Positions 1 to 13,375 of a stretch of 64,000 nt of DNA are shown here, one piece after another; position 1 is the first letter of the stretch, and every line of letters starts with the position of its first letter. Made by a program: the position numbers and the translations under genes. The stretch is from NCBI RefSeq assembly GCF_018977255.1, contig NW_024704742.1, forward strand, positions 122,638,001 to 122,702,000, written 5' to 3'. The notes below the pieces were generated by a model, which worked only from the letters and a program-made list of their open reading frames with translations, did no database searches and was not told where the DNA came from. This stretch comes from Callorhinchus milii (taxonomy: Eukaryota).

Positions 1-1049
1 TCTTGTTAATGTAAAAGGCTAGTTTTCAACAGATAAATTATAGTATCTAGAACGCAGATTCACAAAAAGCTTCACAAAAAGTGATCATTTATGACATCTG
101 GAAAATCTGATTGTCAAGGGGCTCCTTTGCAATTCTGTGCAATGTAAGCTTAGGCTAAATACCTATCAGACTCTTAGGACTTAAATCAAGAATTTCTACT
201 AAAATATCCATTCTGTACTGCTACAAGCGAACAATTCTGTACAGATTGTTAATTAGCTGTGAGATGTGATCACGCTTTTAACTTAGCTCTTTTAGTATTT
301 ATAAGGAATGAACAGGACTAGCATATGTTTTGTCTCAAATGGTTTTCATAAAGTGCGGTGTTGTACGGCAATGGGGTCCATTACCCAGGAACCTGGTCAG
401 ATCAGTCTCAGAGCCTCTTGTCACTCAAGCTTGTTGCCATTGTAGAGAATAGGTTTCCACAGTTCTCTGGGAGGTGATATGAATTACTGAGTTATGGTGA
501 TGCATTTCATAAGAATAGAAGAAGAACCTATCAAAGATTACGGGGAATAGGAGAGTGGGATATGTGGGAAGTGCTTTGAGATGTCCTCCTGAAATGAAAG
601 GCACTATTTAAAGTGAATTGTTGTTGTTGTCTTGGTATTTTCTCCACAAAAGCCATCGCGTTTATTTCCAAGATTTGCTGATCACAGAGTATACGTTGGG
701 TGACGGCTGGAGTTGAACCAGTTAAAACTGCATAGCATCTTAATTCATTAATGTGTATCATATTCATTAATGTGTATCATATACAATACACCAAAGTGAG
801 CCAATGATTTCAACAGCAACATCTTAATAAGTAAATTCATATAAAATAATATGAAACAATCATATTAGTCAATTGTTCAAGAAACATTTCTGTCAGAAGT
901 GTACGTTTATTCAGTGACTCAGGGCTTAAAATAACACTTTTCAGTTTCTGTTAAGATGTACAGGAACACAATCATTCCAGAGCATTTGAGGGTAGCTACT
1001 TAGATTGATACTTGATTCCTTTCTGAACCCAGTCAGAGTTCATTGGCTG

Positions 1050-1416
1050 GCCTTGAAAAAGGGGAGAGAGGGGGCCAGGCGGAGGGATTGAGGGAGAATG
1101 TTCTAGAGTTTCAGGGCGTAGTGGCTGAAAGCACGACCTCAATAGTGGAGCGGAGGGCGCGAGGGATGGGTGATGAATTGGCAAGTGAGGAGGTCGGAGA
1201 GGTAGGGAGGTGCCAGAGAGTGAAGGGATTTGAACACAAGTGTGAGGATCTTGAAGTTGATCCATTCGGTGATGAGGAGCCAGTGGAGCCTGACCAGAAC
1301 TGGTGAGATGTGGGTACGGAATTGGGCGCAGAGTTCTGAATGAGCTGGATTTTTTGAATAGTGCAGCTGGGGAGACCAGCAAGGCGTGAGTTTGAGTAAT
1401 CCAGGCAGGGTTACTC
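1050..1416 (-). mobile_element. L2-clade LINE ORF2 C-terminal fragment (degraded)
   Basis: Minus-strand frames give LDYSNS.LAGLP...IQLIQNSA and LHWLLITEWINFKILTLVFKSLHSLAPPYLSDLL, typical of the L2 ORF2 C-terminus; frameshifted. Confidence 0.85.
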
Positions 1417-2249
1417 AGACAATATAATCCATAGGGGACCCAATGCATGGGAGAACCAACATAATACTAGATTGACAGGACATAAATTCAGCTCATTTAG
1501 AGTTTCTGGTCTCAATGCTGAGTCAATAGGGCAATACGAAGTGGCTAAGCAGAAACCAGAAGCTTCCTCTTGGCAGTGCATTAGTGGGAGAAAGCAAACT
1601 ATATTATATTCCAAAGAGCTTCCCTTAGTTGACATCACAGCAGAACGCCTAGGGCACCGACACTATTGAATTGAACAAATCGAAGAACAGCTCCAGGGAA
1701 CAATCGTAAATTCTAATTATTTTTAGACAGCTTTGGGAAAAAGAATTAACCTCAAGAGTTAGTTTTCACCTTGGCTTAATGGTCAGAAAGGCTGAAAAAT
1801 ACAGCCTCTGTGAATCTAACAACAGGGCAGGCAAGATCTGTTTAACTGATGGTCAAATGCAAAGCTGCATTTCTTCTTCAGTCCTCAAAGAAATATATAT
1901 TTTAAACTGAGGTTGCAAATATGCATTTAGTTTACATTCCACCAATATAACATTGCTATTTCCCACAATGTCTATGCTGTCTCTGAGCCCGAAACTTGGA
2001 AAGGAAGCCCAACATTTGAGTCACTAGCTGTCCTTTAAACTTGTATTAACTTGTAACTCGTAGATAAAATTGATCATTCACTTCAAGGATGTATGTGGGA
2101 CATTTCTATGCACAAATTGACTCCCACATTTGCCTACAAAATACGGTCACTCACTTTACAATTAACCCTATGAAGCTCTTTGAGAGGTTTCATTGACATG
2201 GTAAAGCGCTGTATCAAATGCAAGCATTATTATTATATTATTATTTATT

Positions 2250-2588
2250 CAGGCCTTGCTACCTCCTTATCTATTTAATCTTCTCCTACCCTACTCTTCC
2301 GCTTGCTCTGCTGCTCAGCTTGCTGCACGTTCCCCACCCTCTCCGCACCACCACTGGTGGCCGAGCTTTCAGTTCCTTCACTCATAACCTCAGATAAGCC
2401 ATCTTTGTACTATTACATCTTTTTGTCTTTAAGTTCCGTCTCAAATTCTAACTCTTCAAATATGCCTATAGCCACCTCCCCATCTCCCCTCTCCCTTGCT
2501 TGGTGTTCAGCCTTGTCCTTGTGAAGCATGCAGAGACATTACCCTCTGTGAAAGGTGCTATATAACTGCAAGTTATTGTTGTTGTTGT
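2250..2588 (+). mobile_element. L2 3' end, old
   Basis: C/T-rich L2 3' region ending gtgaaaggtgctatataactgcaagttattgttgttgttg. Confidence 0.7.
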
Positions 2589-2669
2589 AAACTGGGTTGA
2601 GATTACTTCATTTCACAAACACTGTTTGACACAGCTCATACAGTGATACTGTGATAACTCTCCCCTGGG

Positions 2670-2897
2670 ATAACAACAACAACAAATTACATTTCTATAG
2701 CGCCTTTCACGTCAGGAGGACGTTCCAAAGCGCTGGACAGTCAGGGATACGCACCCGAACTGGTGGTTGGGATCGGGGGGGTGGAGTACGGGGATGGTAG
2801 GGGTAGGAGAGTGACCGAAGGCACAGTTGAAGCACAGGGTCTTGAGACGGATCTTGAAATAGGCAAGGGAGGGGGCGAGGCAGAGAGGTTGGTAGGG
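2670..2897 (-). mobile_element. L2 3' end
   Basis: (AAC)n followed by the reverse complement of the L2 tail stem-loop (agcgcctttcacgtcaggaggacgt) and FKIRLKT-like frame. Confidence 0.85.
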
Positions 2898-3486
2898 TTT
2901 ATATAATTTATAAGTTGTGAACCCCACATAACTAGTCACTCACTCAATATCCCTGGTTATTCAAGGACGTTCTCCTTTCAAGAAACTGTACTTTGGATAA
3001 CTAGTCAACTAGTTGACCAGATACCAGAGACTTTCACTGTCTTTGTTCCAGGTTAAAATTAAAATCACCATCATGTTAAACTGTGTGATGCACTAGGCTG
3101 GATCTTTCCTCTTCCTCCTAGGATCTGGGTTTGAAACTGGCGGTGTGATGTGACAAATATCTTTCTCCAAGGGCCTTAATTCAGTACCAATCGATCCAGT
3201 TCCTATTATGCAAAAATAAACAACACAGAATTACCCAGACATTGTCACGAGCATTTCAATTGGATTTCTGATTCAAGGGCATCCGAGAGCAAGCGGTGCT
3301 GGAGATGAATGAATCATTCTGGTGTGCTAGGGATTCTTCTGAAATTGGGAAATTGGGATAAAGACAAATTGTCAAAGCATTTCACAATATTAAATTAAGC
3401 GCCAAGTGTATTGACTAGTTTTGTAGGCAAACAGAATGGTATTTTGTGCAGTGAAACAGCTTTGAGGTAAGTAAGCTTTGATGTGT

Positions 3487-4045
3487 TAGCCTGGCACAGT
3501 TTGTAACATTCTTGCCCTTAAGTCAGAAGATTATGAGTTTAAGCTCTAGGTGAGGTCTTTGAATTCAGAGTCCAGGCTGACATTCCAACAATAACAACTT
3601 GCACTCATATAGTGCCCTCCACGCAGGGAGTGTCTAAGAACACTCCAATACAGTGCTGGGGGAGCGCTGTTCCGCTGATATGTGTCATCTTTCACATAAG
3701 ATATTACACGTCGATCCCATCTGTCTGTTCAAGTGGTCATTAAAGATCTCAAGGCACTATTCATCTGCCTGACATCTTGACTGTGTGATAAGGTGCTATA
3801 CCAAATGCAAGGATTATTATAAATCAAGTTATCTAGAGGATTGTTGATCAAGATGTCAGGAGACTTTTCATTCTTGAACTATATTTCAGATCTTTCAAGT
3901 GCACTTAAATACTCGGCAGGTGGGATCGAGGATAATGCCTCATCCAAAGTGCTGTTAGACTAATAAACTCAAGTCCCAAGATGGGGCTTGAACCCTCAAA
4001 CTTTATGATCCAGAGGTGAGAGTGCTATTGACTGAGCCATGCTGC
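3487..4045. mobile_element. Two old Deu-domain SINEs, tail to tail (+ about 3487-3820, - about 3820-4045)
   Basis: agtcagaag..ggttcaag head and aggctgacattcca / gtggtcattaaagatctc..ggcactatt Deu-type core, matching other copies in the window; an L2 tail fragment sits at about 3588-3640. Confidence 0.65.
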
Positions 4046-4214
4046 ACACGTTACTCAGGTAGTTTAGAAGAATCTATTGATCCTGTATGCTGAATTCTGA
4101 TTGAATTGGATGGCATAAAACAATTTACATCCTTAATAGTGACTGGCCTCAGTTTGATAAGCACACAATTCACACAGCTGACACAAAGCTTAATTAAGAG
4201 TAAGATTGATTTGA

Positions 4215-4400
4215 AGTGTAAAGGGATGAGTTATGAAGGGAGATTAAACAAATGTAAGCTCCCCAGAGCAGAAAGAAGGTGATTAAGGGAAATCTGATCA
4301 GGACATATAAAATATTAAATATTACAGTTTTGCTAAGGTAAATCCTGTCTACAATATTACTTCAAACAAGATTAGAGAACATATCTGTCTCAGGGTCAAA
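4215..4400 (+). mobile_element. Degraded CR1 ORF2 C-terminal fragment
   Basis: gggatgagttatgaagggagattaaacaaa...agaaggtgattaagggaaatctgatc resembles the G.SYEERL..L...RRLRGDLI region of the CR1 at 4917-6050. Confidence 0.6.
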
Positions 4401-4524
4401 GAACAATGATTTAGAACAATTTTCTAATTGCAATGTTTCTTCTGCTTCATGGTTTCATTGTCAATTTCCTGACATGAAACCCAAACAATATTTTTGCCTC
4501 GTTTTTGACTCCTGAACTTCGAGG

Positions 4525-4558
4525 ATGAGAAAAGGAGAGAGAGAGAGAGAAAGAGAGA
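4525..4558. repeat. (GA)n microsatellite
   Basis: gagaaaaggagagagagagagagaaagagaga. Confidence 0.85.
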
Positions 4559-4916
4559 TTGGACTCCGAAAAGCTAAAGAGATGAGAGATGAGCTAGAAA
4601 TACAATCCATTCCCACATCTGTAACATCTTTTTCACCTTTGCCCCTGCTCTTTGCTGTTCTTCCCATTTCTTCATCACTACATTTCCTGTTTCGAACATT
4701 TGCTGTATTGATGTTGATGGCTACATTTCTTACTCACGTTTCTTAAAATAGGTGAAAGCTCTTTATCAACTCAAAGCTGGATCCTGCCATTCTGTGGTGC
4801 CACACACCAGTGTGCTGACCCAACCACAGGCAGCTCTTCTGGGCATCATCTTACTGAGCTTCATCTCTATACAGTTACTAAATAGGACAACGGCTATTTA
4901 CATTTATATAGCCTTT

Positions 4917-6050
4917 CATAGAATTACACAGCATATTCAGCACAGAAACAGGCCATTCGGCCCAATTAGTCTATGCAGGTGTTTATGCTCCACGTGAGCC
5001 TCCTCCTGCCCTTCTTAAACTAAGCCTTCAAGCATAACCTTCTGTTGCTTTCTCCCTCATGTACTTATCTAATTTCCCCTTAAATTCATCTATGCTACTC
5101 TCCTCAACTACTCCTTGTAGTAGTAAGTTTCACATTCCCACCGCGCTCTGGGTAAAGAAGTTTCTTCTGACTTCCCTAATTTGATTTATTGGTTACTATT
5201 TTATATTTATGGCCCCTGGTTTTGGTTTTCCCCACAAGTGGAAAAAACATCTTCTCTATGTCTACCCTATCAAAATGTTTCATATTTTTAAAGACCTCAA
5301 TCAGGTCACCCCTCACCCTTCTCTTTTCAAGAGAAAAGAGTCCAAGTTTGTTCAGCCTTTCCTGATAGGTATAACCTCGCAGTTCCGGTATCATCCTTGT
5401 AAATCTGCTTTGCGCCTTCTCCAGCGCCTCTATATCTTTTCTATAATATGGAGACCAGAACTGTACACAATACTCCCAAGTGTGATCTAACCAAGGCTCA
5501 ATATAATTTTAGCATAACTTCCCTGCTTTTCATTTCTATCCCTCTAGAAATGAACACCAATGCTTGGTTTGCGTTTTTATGGTCTTATTAGCCTGCGTTG
5601 CTACTTTTAGCGATTTGTGTATCTGTACTCCTAGATCCCATTGCTCCCCTACCCCATTTAGATTCTTATTTTCCAGGCAGTATGTAACCTCCTTATTCCT
5701 CCTACCAAAATGTACCACCTCACACTTATCTATATTGAAATTAATTTGCCAATTAACTACCCATTCAGGAAGTTTATTAATCTATTGTTGTAATTTGTTG
5801 TAGTCCTCCTCGGTATTAACTATACCCACCAATTTGGTGCCGTCCGCAAATTTTGAAATTGTACTTTCGATCCCCGAGTCCAATTTCTTAATGTAAATTG
5901 TGAACAACAGTGATACCGATCCTTGTGAAACACCACTTCCCACTCCCTGCCAATCTGAGTAGCTATCCTTTACCCCTACTCTCTGTTTTCTGTCTTGTAG
6001 CCAGCTTGCTATCCATTCTGCTACTTTTCCCCTAACTCCACATGCTCTGA
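4917..6050 (-). mobile_element. CR1 LINE, 5'-truncated (RT C-terminal half plus 3' UTR), non-functional
   Basis: Frames give FADGTKL (degenerate FADD, about 5830-5850), WQINFNIDKCEVVHFGRRN, DLGVQIHKSLK and YQERLNKLGLFSLEKRRVRGDLIEVFK...TRGHKYK; 3' UTR ends gggccgaatggcctgtttctgtgctg; contains stops and deletions. Confidence 0.93.
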
Positions 6051-6746
6051 GTTTTCAACTGATCTCATTGGAAGGATTTTCTCCAATTTTCACATTGGAA
6101 GGACATCTCAAAAACCTTTACAAATGTTGGCCACCCTAATTGAGGGTGGAGGAGGGAAGGGGGGAAGATGATCAAAAGCACGAACAAAGTGCTACATTTT
6201 GAGACTGACTTTCAAACTGGAAAGGAAGGACGGGGTGAGTCAGAGGAACTCTGGGATGAATGGAGTTCTAGCGAGCAGGGGCAGAATGGCTAAGAGCTCA
6301 CCTATTAATGGTGGGGTGGATAGGGCTGGGACATGAAGCCCGCTTCACTCACTTTGCTGTGAAGAGAGCAGCCGAGTCAGTAGGGTTGTAAAATAATTTT
6401 CCGATGCCTAAAGCAATAACTGTTTTCCCGAAGGCTTTATTCCTCTCCATTAATCAAAGAGATCAGTTGAAAACTTTCCAAAGCAAGAATGAAAAGGATA
6501 AACACGGAAAGTATTAACCATCAATAATTCCACTCTAATTACTGCTGGTGCCTATATGTGTGGACATAGAAAAATATCCTCCTCTCTGGAAAGTAAGATT
6601 TGCTGCAGGTCAGTGTGTGTGCACTGTGGCTTCAATGTGTTCACCAAGCAATCACAATTGCTTATCATGGAACAACAGTTTGCTCAGACAACATTAAAGT
6701 GGTATAATCAGTGAGTGGCAATGAGTGACCAGGCTAATTCAATTAC

Positions 6747-6961
6747 CAAACACAAAATACTGCAGATGCTGGAAATCTGAAACAGAAACAGAAGGCCCTG
6801 ACAACACTCAGCAGATCAGGCAGCATCTATGGAGAAAAGAAAGTGAGTCCATGACCCTTTGTCAGAACTCAACGAAGGGTTGTGTTCCCGAAACGTTGAC
6901 TCACTTTCCTTTATCCATAGATGCTGCCTGACTTGCTGAGTGTTTCCAGCGACTTCTGTTT
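6747..6961 (-). mobile_element. Short palindromic Penelope-like (PLE) terminal-repeat element with 12-bp TSD
   Basis: First half matches the PLE end at 17515-17652; second half (about 6870-6961) is its inverted copy; flanked by taattcaattac at 6735-6746 and 6962-6973. Confidence 0.85.
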
Positions 6962-7254
6962 TAATTCAATTACAAGTTCTAATAAACCATGAAAAGCTGA
7001 AGTCTCCTGTGGTTCCCAGTGGAGTCTGGAGATTGAGTTATGACCTTACAACTGCCAGACATTCTTCCTGTAACATGATATACACTGAATAGTTGATTTA
7101 TTAAAACTATTTAAAACTTTTCTTTTGAACTCAGGTAGAGAATGGCAATGTAGGAGACACCTTAAAAGCAGGTCAAAGAACAAATTATGTCATTGGCCCT
7201 GAAGGTACCTAGCATATGACATGACATTTGACGTATTATTTCCTAAAATATAAC

Positions 7255-7800
7255 AGTCTCAGCTTGGTTCATTTGGAAAGTCCCTCACCTCTGGGTCAGA
7301 AGGTTTTGTGTTCAAGCTCCATGGTTTTGGGCTGATATTCAAGTACTGGGGAAGTACTGGATTGTTGGAGGTTCTGTTTTTCAGATAAGATGTTAAACCA
7401 AGATTCAGTCTGCCTGCCCAGGTGAAGTTTTATGATCCCACGACACTATTCGAAAAGAGTAGGGAGTTTCTTCCTGTTTACTGGCCAACAAATCCGTCAG
7501 ATAAACTGATCATTCACCTTGTGGTTGATTGTGTCTACAAAAATAGTTACTTTACTTAGCAAATAATTGTGAATCGCTTTGAGACATAACAATATTTAAA
7601 AGTCAGTAGATATTTAACATCCATCTGAAGAGCAGACAGATGTGACCTCGGTTTAACGCATCAACTGGAATATCAGGTAATGTAGAGCTCTCCCAGTGCT
7701 CTGATGTGTCAGCCTAGACAATGAACTGAGGTCTCGACTCAAGGGCCTAAACCTACAACCAACCCAAAGGCAAGAGTGTTAGCAACTGAGCCAACATGAT
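7255..7800. mobile_element. Old Deu-domain SINEs (+ about 7255-7590, - about 7610-7800)
   Basis: cagcttggttca..ctcacctctgggtcagaaggttttgtgttcaag head; tcagataagatgttaaacc..gatcccacgacactattcgaa core. Confidence 0.7.
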
Positions 7801-8049
7801 ATAGGATAAAATCATGCAACAGGAATGAGATTGATTTTTCGCAAAAAACTCCCAGTGAGATTAAACACAAGACAGATAGACTTACGTATTATTATCAGGA
7901 GGTTGTTTTGTCTTGTACAACTCAGACTCACAGTACGTTGCATAGTTGTATGAAATTTAATCTTAACCAGAAATTATCATGATTTTGCAGATGTAAGGTG
8001 CATTTGAGTAATGTGGTAATAATGAGTAATGTGCTTCAGAAGATTGTGC

Positions 8050-8500
8050 GTCAGCCAGTAGCACTCTCACTTCTGAGTCAGTAGGTTGTGGGTTGTAAGG
8101 CCCACATTGGGACTATTAACTCATATAGTCTGTGATGACACTCCAATGAGTGCTTTGGATATGATAATAATCCCTGCATTTGATACAGCATCTGATCACG
8201 GCTTATGATGCATTGTCAAAGGTGCTATTTTCGGATGAAAACATTAAAGCAAGGTGCTGTTTATCTGTCCAGGTGGTTGTTAAAGATCTCATGGCACTAT
8301 TCTAAAGGAGAAGAGTTTCTCCTGGTATTCTGGCCAACAATACCCCCAATTAATTTGGTCAGTCATTTGCCCGTGTGTGGCACATTGTGCTCAAATTGCC
8401 ACTATGTTCACCTACAAAATACACAGTCACTACACTTTGCAACATATCACGTAAAGTGGTTTGAGACATGATGTGAAAGACACTATATTAAATGCAAAAA
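8050..8500 (+). mobile_element. Old Deu-domain SINE, near full length
   Basis: gtagcactctcacttctgagtcagtaggttgtggg head, Deu core cattgtcaaaggtgctattttcggatgaaacattaaa..aaagatctcatggcactatt, tail gtgaaagacactatattaaatgcaa. Confidence 0.75.
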
Positions 8501-8534
8501 AAATTTCAGTTCCATAAAGAAAGAAAATTGCAAC

Positions 8535-8805
8535 GTAGTGCACTTTAAGTGGAAGGGCCAAAAAAGGGAATATATCATAAATAGTAATATCTTTAGTGGA
8601 GTGGAGGAGCAGAGACTTGGAAGAACAGAAAGAGAGATGTATTTTAAGATAGGAATACATATGGACGATAAAAAAAAAGTGGCATTTGTTTATGTTTGAT
8701 GTGAATGTGTATAATTAGTACAAGAACAAAGGGTAATGTGGAATTTGTAGAAAGCATTGATTTGGTCACCTTTGGAATTTGGCTTCCCAAATTGGACACC
8801 TCTTT
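8535..8805 (+). mobile_element. Degraded CR1 ORF2 fragment
   Basis: ggagtggaggagcagagacttgg (V.EQRDLG) and gtaatgtggaatttgtagaaagcattgatttggtcacctttggaa (V..LY.AL.R.HLE-like). Confidence 0.55.
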
Positions 8806-8819
8806 GTACCAACAATTTA

Positions 8820-9140
8820 TAACAATAATAATCCTTGCATTTGATATAGCACCTTATCACATCTTCTAGACGTCTCAAAGCGCTTCACAGAATATACCTT
8901 AAAGTGGATTGACTGCATGTCTTGTGGTCGAAATGCAGCAGCCAATTGCGCACAGCAGTGTCCCGCAAACAGTCATGGATTAAGTGATCAAATTTTTTTA
9001 AAAGGGATTATTACCCCTGATCCATCAATCGACTAATAACTGTTTTCCTACATATTGCTTGGCAAACAAAGGAGTATGGAGTAAGGAAACATGCCCCACT
9101 GGGAATCGAACCCAGGTCCTCTCGCTTGCAAAGCAAGGGC
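8820..9140 (-). mobile_element. tRNA-headed SINE, long subfamily, 5' end damaged
   Basis: aataataatccttgcatttgatatagc tail, Deu-type 3' body, long central segment, B-box remnant gaatcgaaccc. Confidence 0.85.
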
Positions 9141-9590
9141 TTTTGTATGGTGTCCTCCATGCGGCATAGCATCGCAGAGCACTTATCAATGGTGGAATAG
9201 GTGTTGGACAAAAGCACAGTCAAAGAGGTAAGTCTTAAGGTGGGAATTAAACATAAATAAATAGAGGACAAGAAAGAGAAATTGAGGCAGAGAATTCCAG
9301 AAGTTAGGGGCGTAGTGGCTAAAGGTACAGCCACTGATGGTGCATGTCCTCTAACCTATTCACACCAGAACCACTATGGAGAGAGTAAGATAGAGATTTA
9401 CCATGATAATAATAGGGATGACAGGTTATTCAGTACTGTAGTTATCTAGAGACTTAACATTCAAATTGATAGCTCCAATAGGGAGTTAGCACCATTACAT
9501 TCATATTGGGTTGACCTCCTACATTGCTGTAATTTCTATGATTTCTATGAAACATTCCAAGCAATGACTCACTAATTCTTTCCAAATTCT

Positions 9591-9956
9591 TAATAATAAT
9601 AATCCTTGCATTTGATATAGCGCCTAATCACATCTTCAAGACGTCTCAAAGTGCTTCACAGAATATATTGTAAAATGAATTGTCTGTCTATTTTGTGGGC
9701 GAAACGCAGCAGCTAATTGCGCACAGCAGTGTCCCACAAACAGTCTTGGATTGAAAGATCAAATTTTTTAAGGAATTATTACTCCCGAAGAAGCGATCCG
9801 CCAATTGACTAACAACCATGTTCCTACATACTGCTAGGTGAAGAGAGGCGTGTGGAGTAAAGAAACTTGCCCAATGTTTCGCCCTGCCCAGGAAATGAAC
9901 CCAGGTCCTCTCACTTGCGAGGTGAGTGCTCTTACCACTAAGCTACAGGACTCCAC
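9591..9956 (-). mobile_element. tRNA-headed SINE, long subfamily, full length
   Basis: Reverse complement runs gtggagtcctgtagcttagtggtaagagcactc...aaatgcaaggattattatta. Confidence 0.92.
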
Positions 9957-11989
9957 AGGATGTAAGTTCTATCAAGAAAGCATATTGAATGTCACTTCTT
10001 TTAGAGAGTTGAACAGACATAAGAAGCCTTGGGACATCTTCCCGACGTGAAAGGCGCTATACAAATGTAATTTTGTTATTGTTGTAAAAAGACATGTACA
10101 CCACACAGGACTGAAACAAAATGTTTTCAAAAGCTGCACACATTTATTTAAGAATAGTATTAGACCAACAAAACTGACCAGACTTCATAAATACAATAAG
10201 TAAATGGGATCTGATAACGTGTTGATACGACTCTGGAAAATTAAAATCTCCAAGTCCATATTATGTTCAGCATTTGGAAAATTGGAAAGCAAAGCAACCT
10301 GTTTTCTTTGTAAGCAATATCAGTGTGGCTCATATGTTTTTTTACAAACCCCACCATCTCTGGTCCTAATCTTGTTTTTTATTAATATAATTTCCCACTG
10401 CCCAATAATTTTCCATCAATGACAAATGTTTGCCTCTTTACCATTCACTTCATTTGGTGAATTCAACTCTATTTTTGAGGGAAATGAAAAGCTAATTTTG
10501 ATTTGTTTAAGAAAGTTCATATATAAAGATCATATGCAATAATTTATCATTCATTTGTTACCACTGACGAAGTGTGTTGCTCAAAGCTTTCAACATCAAC
10601 ACCTTGCATTTATATAACACCCTTCATGTAAGATAATGTCTCACAGTTCTGTACAATAGGAGGGTTGGAAGCCAAGTAGGGGATAAGATAGGCTGTATAC
10701 TGATTTGCTCGCATTAGTACCTCCACACCTCAGGCACTGGCAGAATCAGCATCCAAGTATGCACACTCCACCCCACCAAATTGAGGCAGAAATTATATAT
10801 ATGTATGATACACATCTCAAGACCCTCCTCTTTGACCGTGCCTTTGGCCACCCTTCTACCCTCTCTCCCCTCCATCCTCCATGATCCCAATACCCCCTCT
10901 CCCCACCCCCCCCCACTTGGGTCCTAATCTCCGGCTGTTCAGCACCTTGGGATGTCCTCCCGATAGGGAAGGCGCTTAACAAATGTAATTTGTATTGTAT
11001 TTAGATAAGTGCAAGGCTCTTTATAGAAAGAAAATATAGAGATACTTGTACTTAATCAATGGGATAGAACTTACTAAAAGAGAAGGGTAAAGGAGACTAG
11101 GCTCGTTCATTAACTCATTGCTTCCCTTCGCTTACCTTATCCTTACAGTGTGAGACAGCAATAAGCAAACAAAACATGATACTGGGATACATTGCTAGTT
11201 CATGGAGATGAGACAAAGGGATTTAAAGAGAGGCTATAGCTTGGCTGTCAATGATGACTTAGTTTTAAATAATTTGTACATTATTTCAAAGGTTATTTTA
11301 CAGAAATTTCTACAGGCTTTGAAAACAGAATAAAATAACAACATTGGAAAGGGGAGGTGAAAGCCTTGCATACCAATCCTGTTACTCAGGGGGACGAAAA
11401 TAGCAGTGCTAATCTACTTAGACACTTCAATCGCTATTCTCATAAAAATTCTTTTGAAGGTTGGTAAACATCCTTACATGAGATGGAACTAACAGCAGAA
11501 TAATCAGTGGAGAAACTGCAGATTTGAATTGATTTGGTAGAGATTAACTAATCTGCTTCATCAGCAATTCAGTCAAGTTTTATCTTCAGGCAATAGGAGT
11601 CTGTATCCTTGAATTAAGCTTCAATACAAAATGACCTGGTCTTTGAGTGGCATACAGACAGAGAGAAAGCTCCACCTTGACACAGAACTGTGAGGGTTTC
11701 ATAAATTGAAGGCTTCTTCAGTCATTGCAAACCTATTTTTATGGACATTCAGTGGGAAATAATAATAATAATAATAATATAGTGCTCTCCTGAAGCCATG
11801 TGCTATGGTTCCACATGTAACAATTTCCACTTTTTGACTAAAACAATTAGACAACAAGCAATTTAAAAGAGATGATTCAAGATAGACTGGTATGGCCCCA
11901 GGCTGTGCAGTCCCAAGTTGGCAAGGAAATAAAGAATATCAACAGGGAGAATCTCAAGTAAAGCAGAAATGTTGTAACTACCAGCTCTG

Positions 11990-12290
11990 TGTAGTGACTA
12001 AATACTTTGTAGGAAAATATGAAAAACAATTTGTGTACAGCAATATCCCACAAAAAGCTATGGCATCGATACCCAAAGAAATTTCCTTCTCTTTTCAAAT
12101 TGTGCCATGGGGTCTTTAACATCCACTTGAACAAACAGATGGGATCTTGATTTAACAGTTCATCCAAAATTTGACGCTTCTGACAATGCAGCAGTTTCAG
12201 CCGAGACTGCAAGCTCATATTCCTGACAAGGGGGTTAAACCTACAACTTGTGACTTGAAATCTAGTGATACCAGCTGAGCTAGGCTGATA
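11990..12290 (-). mobile_element. Old Deu-domain SINE
   Basis: acagcaatatcccacaaa, gtgccatggggtctttaacatccac, tctgacaatgcagca, head accagctgagctaggctga. Confidence 0.7.
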
Positions 12291-13215
12291 CCTAATGATG
12301 TGCAATAACTTGAAAGAGTTCCTACATCACAGATAGCTACACCAAACATGGTAAAGGATCTTGTAGTCAATGTAAGTGACATTCAGCTTGTGCCTTAAGA
12401 ATTGAGGCAAAGGAAGACATGAGTAGAAATTGGATGTTGTTCTCCCTTCTACTGCTCCTTTTGGATGTATGCTGCATGTTCCTTGTGTGATGTGCGAATA
12501 ATAATAATAATAATAATAATCCTTTCATTTGATATAGAGCTTTATCATGTTGTTTTTACGTCTCAAAGCGCTTCACAGTATGTACCGTAAAGAGAACTGA
12601 CTGTATAATTAAACAAGTCAACAAAGTTTAATTGACTGACGGTGCTTATAATTTCACTCAAGTGCAATTCATTGCCTATAGGAAATCTTTGCATATCATT
12701 CAAATTATAGAATGATTTTCATGTTAGTCTTGAGAGGCATAAAAGATGTGAAGACTGGAAACACTGAAATGAAAACATAAATGCCGGAACTGCGTGGCAC
12801 GCTAGTCAACTTCCGATAGAGAAAGATGTTAATATTTAGGGTGTGACCCTTCCTACATTCTGAATCAAGCCTGATCCTGTATTCACAAGTACACATTCCA
12901 GGAGGCATTATTGGACAGGAATCAGGAATTGGAACTCTGCATAACCTTCCTCTCCCATGCACAGGCTTTTAAAGCCAGTTGTAACATTTTTAATGCTGCT
13001 AACTGCCTGTTCAGATGAATGTTAAAGATCCCACTGCACCATTTGAAAAGAGAAGAGTTTCTTCCAGTGTACTGGTCAACTATCCTGCAGCTAAAATTGG
13101 TCAATCATTTTGCAGTTTGCTGTGTGCAACTTGGCTGATATGTTTGCATATTCTAACACTCCCTGAAGTTTGCCTATTTCAGTACACCCTATTTGACTAT
13201 ATAAATGTAAATTGT

Positions 13216-13375
13216 TTACATTTGGGTAAACATTTGAGTTCTAACAAAAGGTTATCTACCTCAAATGTTAACTAATTTTCCTTCTCTCCATAGATGCTGC
13301 CTGACCTTCTGCATGTTCCCAGTGACTTTGTTTTTTATTTCAGATGTCTAGCTTCTACAGTAATTTGCCTTTTGT
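13216..13375 (+). mobile_element. PLE 3'-terminal fragment with 14-bp TSD
   Basis: ctctccatagatgctgcctgaccttctg..ttcagatgtctagcttctacagta matches the PLE end; flanked by taaatgtaaattgt at 13202-13215 and 13376-13389. Confidence 0.75.

Noticed and set aside
4420..4560. Minus-strand exon after a (CT)n tract
   Set aside because: Short frames with no recognisable homology; the tract is a microsatellite.
7118..7210. Plus-strand 70-nt exon candidate (VENGNVGDTLKAGQRTNYVIGPE)
   Set aside because: Weak donor (gtacct), no recognisable protein, no partner exons.
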